Source of the DNA: Candidatus Sericytochromatia bacterium
Lineage (GTDB): Bacteria; Cyanobacteriota; Sericytochromatia; S15B-MN24; UBA4093
DNA: 48,624 nt
NCBI GenBank assembly: GCA_036676495.1
Contig: JAKFCT010000033.1
Span: forward strand, 1-48,624
Direction: 5' to 3'
Part shown: in pieces, positions 46,457 through 48,624 of the stretch
Numbering within the stretch: the stretch's first letter is position 1
Layout: the number at the start of each line of letters is the position of its first letter
The notes under the pieces: generated by a model
What the model was told of the DNA's origin: nothing
Databases searched by the model: none
Seen by the model: only the letters and a program-made list of their open reading frames with translations
Made by a program: the position numbers and the translations under genes

Positions 46457-46918
46457 ATGCGCCGCGTTCTGATTGCCATGGAAGGGGCTTCCTGCTCCGA
46501 TGATGCCATCCAGCAATTTGCCAGCCTGTTCACTCCCGGCGACCTGGCGGTTTTCATTCTGGCGGTCATCCCTCCGGTCAGTTACCCCGTTCAGGTCTCG
46601 CCCGGAGCGACGCTGTACCATTGGCAATCGGAAGAGGCGTTGGTTTCCCTCGATCGCGCCACCTCCTCCCTCGCGGCCGCCGGCTTCACCGCCTTCGGGC
46701 TCATCCGCATCGGAGAACCCGTCGAGAGCATCGTGCGGGCCGCCCAAGACCTCGACTCCGACCTGATCGTGCTGGGCACGCAAGGTCGAAAAGGCGTCAA
46801 GCGCTTGGTTCGCAGCAGCGTGGCCGAGTCGGTTGCCGCTAAAGCCTCTTGCGACGTGATGGTCTACCCCTTCGATGGGGAAGATGCCCATGGCAGCCCG
46901 GATCATCCGGCCGCCTGA
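46457..46918 (+). CDS. Universal stress protein (UspA family)
   Basis: MRRVLIAMEG, GEPVESIV, DLIVLGTQGR, SVAESVAAKASCDVMV; AGGAG RBS. Confidence 0.88.
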   Translation: MRRVLIAMEGASCSDDAIQQFASLFTPGDLAVFILAVIPPVSYPVQVSPGATLYHWQSEEALVSLDRATSSLAAAGFTAFGLIRIGEPVESIVRAAQDLDSDLIVLGTQGRKGVKRLVRSSVAESVAAKASCDVMVYPFDGEDAHGSPDHPAA

Positions 46919-48458
46919 AGGCAGCGACGCGACATTCCCCTTCCGACAAGGCTGGCGGCGAGGTCTTCGCCTACTGAGAAGCCAGGGCCGCGCCCTGAGA
47001 AAGCGGCCTCGCTGGACCCTCACCTTGATGGGCGTGCTGGCCCTGAGCCTGCTCATGCACCCGTGGCGCAACGCGGCCCGGGCCATGCTCCTGCTGATCG
47101 CGACCGGCAGATCCGGCCGCCGGGCCGCCCTTGGGGAAGTCCTGGCGCTGGCCCTCACCCTGCCGCTCGTGCTGCCCTTCCTGGCCCTGATTCGCCTGCG
47201 CCTCCAGATGTCGGACGACTCCTTCGAGACCGCTCGCGCCGCGCGCATCCAGCTCAAAGGAAGCGAAGCTCCGAGCGGACGTAGCCCGATCGGGACCGCG
47301 GTCAACCGCGCCATCTGGGGAACGGCCAAGGGCTCGGTCTCTCCCGCCATGGCCCTCACCTCGGGCACGCTGCTCGAGCTCTGGCAGAACCCCACCAACG
47401 GCGTGGACGTGGCCATTCATCACGCCTGCGAGCTCATCCGGCGCGAGGCCTGTCACGAGCTGCGCCTCCAGACCTACCTCTTCGACCCGGAGTCGGCCGC
47501 GGGTCGCGATCTGATCGCGACCCTGGCCATGAAGCAGCAGGCCGATCCCTCCTTCCGGATCATGGCCGTCGTCGACCGCGCCGGCTTGGACGTGGCCCTC
47601 GCCCAGGCCGGAGTGAAGGCCCAGGTGGCGATCGCCAGGCCCTGGTGGAGCCGCAGGGGGCATCACACCAAGTGTTTCATCATCGACGGCCGGATCGGCA
47701 TCGTGGGGGGAGACAACATCGACAGTCCCCGCGAGAAGGACCTGATGGCGGTGGTCGAGGGGCCGGTCGTCCACGCCATGCTGCGCGACTTCTCCGATGC
47801 CTGGGACCGCGCCGCGCGCCGGCTCAGCCGCGACCCCCTGCCGCCCCCGCCCGAGGTCGAGTGGGGCGAAGGAGCCGTGCCGATGGCCGTGCTCAGCAAG
47901 CGCGGCTTGATTCACTTCTGGGGGGAGGACTACCACGACAACGATGCGGACCAGGCGCTCGTGGCGGCCTTGCGCGCCGCGCGCACGGAGATCCTGATCG
48001 AGACTCCCGCCCTGAATGCCGACCTCGTGTTGCGGGCGCTCGTCGAGGCGGCGGCCCGTGGGGTCTCCGTCAGGGTTTGCCTCCCGCTGCTTCAGCATAA
48101 CCGGCTCGCCACCAAGCTGGACGCAGCCGACAACGGATCCTTCGTCGCTTTCTGGACCCAGCTGCCGCCGCCGTTGCGGGCGAAGATCCAGCTCCGCGAC
48201 TTCTCCAGCAACGGCCGGACGCGCGAGGAGAACCACACCAAGTTCCTCTGCATCGATCGGCAGTGGATCTACGTGGGCTCACAGAACCTCGACAACCAGT
48301 CCTTCGCCTTCTCGCGGGAGCTCGGCCTCGGCATCGACGATCCGGCCACCGCCGAGTTCTTCGCCGAAGCGGTCTTCGAGCGGGACTGGCAGACCAGCCT
48401 CCCCATCACTCCCCGCTGGTCGGAGCACTGGATTCCCTTCCCGCTCTGGTACCACTAA
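46875..48458 (+). CDS. Phospholipase D superfamily protein (cardiolipin synthase-like); start uncertain
   Basis: Two HKD motifs, HTKCFIID..GGDN and HTKFLCID..GSQN; true start may be downstream (e.g. 47028). Confidence 0.8.
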   Translation: MGKMPMAARIIRPPEGSDATFPFRQGWRRGLRLLRSQGRALRKRPRWTLTLMGVLALSLLMHPWRNAARAMLLLIATGRSGRRAALGEVLALALTLPLVLPFLALIRLRLQMSDDSFETARAARIQLKGSEAPSGRSPIGTAVNRAIWGTAKGSVSPAMALTSGTLLELWQNPTNGVDVAIHHACELIRREACHELRLQTYLFDPESAAGRDLIATLAMKQQADPSFRIMAVVDRAGLDVALAQAGVKAQVAIARPWWSRRGHHTKCFIIDGRIGIVGGDNIDSPREKDLMAVVEGPVVHAMLRDFSDAWDRAARRLSRDPLPPPPEVEWGEGAVPMAVLSKRGLIHFWGEDYHDNDADQALVAALRAARTEILIETPALNADLVLRALVEAAARGVSVRVCLPLLQHNRLATKLDAADNGSFVAFWTQLPPPLRAKIQLRDFSSNGRTREENHTKFLCIDRQWIYVGSQNLDNQSFAFSRELGLGIDDPATAEFFAEAVFERDWQTSLPITPRWSEHWIPFPLWYH

Positions 48459-48624
48459 CAGGCTGCTGGAAAAGCCCACGAATCGAGCGACCAACTTGGA
48501 GAAGGAGCGGCGGGTCCCGAGGTCTGGGGGCCCGCCGCGTCGTCCTAAAGGCCGTCCCCAGGCCAATGGTAAAGAAGATGAGAGCCGTGGCCCGGGGCAC
48601 GGGCCCTTCCGGTAGAGGCGTTGT

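Noticed and set aside
48458-48624. CAGGCTGCTGGAAAAG resembling an IS terminal repeat
   Set aside because: No partner repeat or transposase is visible before the window ends.

Overview
A high-GC bacterial chromosomal window with about 52 protein-coding genes and one tRNA. It carries diderm-type envelope genes. Pho-box-like and SigB/SigF-like motifs would fit a non-photosynthetic relative of cyanobacteria, but that placement is a tentative inference. Housekeeping content: the end of a menaquinone operon (menA-menC-menE), the glycine cleavage operon (gcvT-gcvH-gcvPA-gcvPB), Sua5/TsaC, tRNA-Ser(CGA), tadA, engB, an ArsC-family gene, a sensor kinase, a CDF transporter and a USP. A TetR-headed operon encodes a LolA-like protein, two LolE/MacB-type permeases, a LolD-type ATPase and an outer-membrane barrel. 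The best candidate for an undescribed system is an 11.3-kb cluster (31925-43264) that matches no pathway I can name. It combines a UbiA-like prenyltransferase, an RPH/PigC-architecture PEP-utiliser-type phosphotransferase, a ceramide-synthase/YghO-like GNAT and an OleC-like adenylating enzyme. It also has an MMPL transporter, a thioredoxin, a divergent BtaA/DUF3419 gene and a DAG/sphingosine-kinase-family gene. Smaller signals: a frameshifted duplicate of the DUF423 3' end bracketing a two-gene islet, a GLGLEW-repeat HExxH protein, a structured gcvT leader without glycine-riboswitch motifs, 11-bp-periodic TTAA arrays and two palindromic REP-like elements. I saw no CRISPR array, rRNA, transposase or integrase. 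All family calls come from motif recognition, not database searches.
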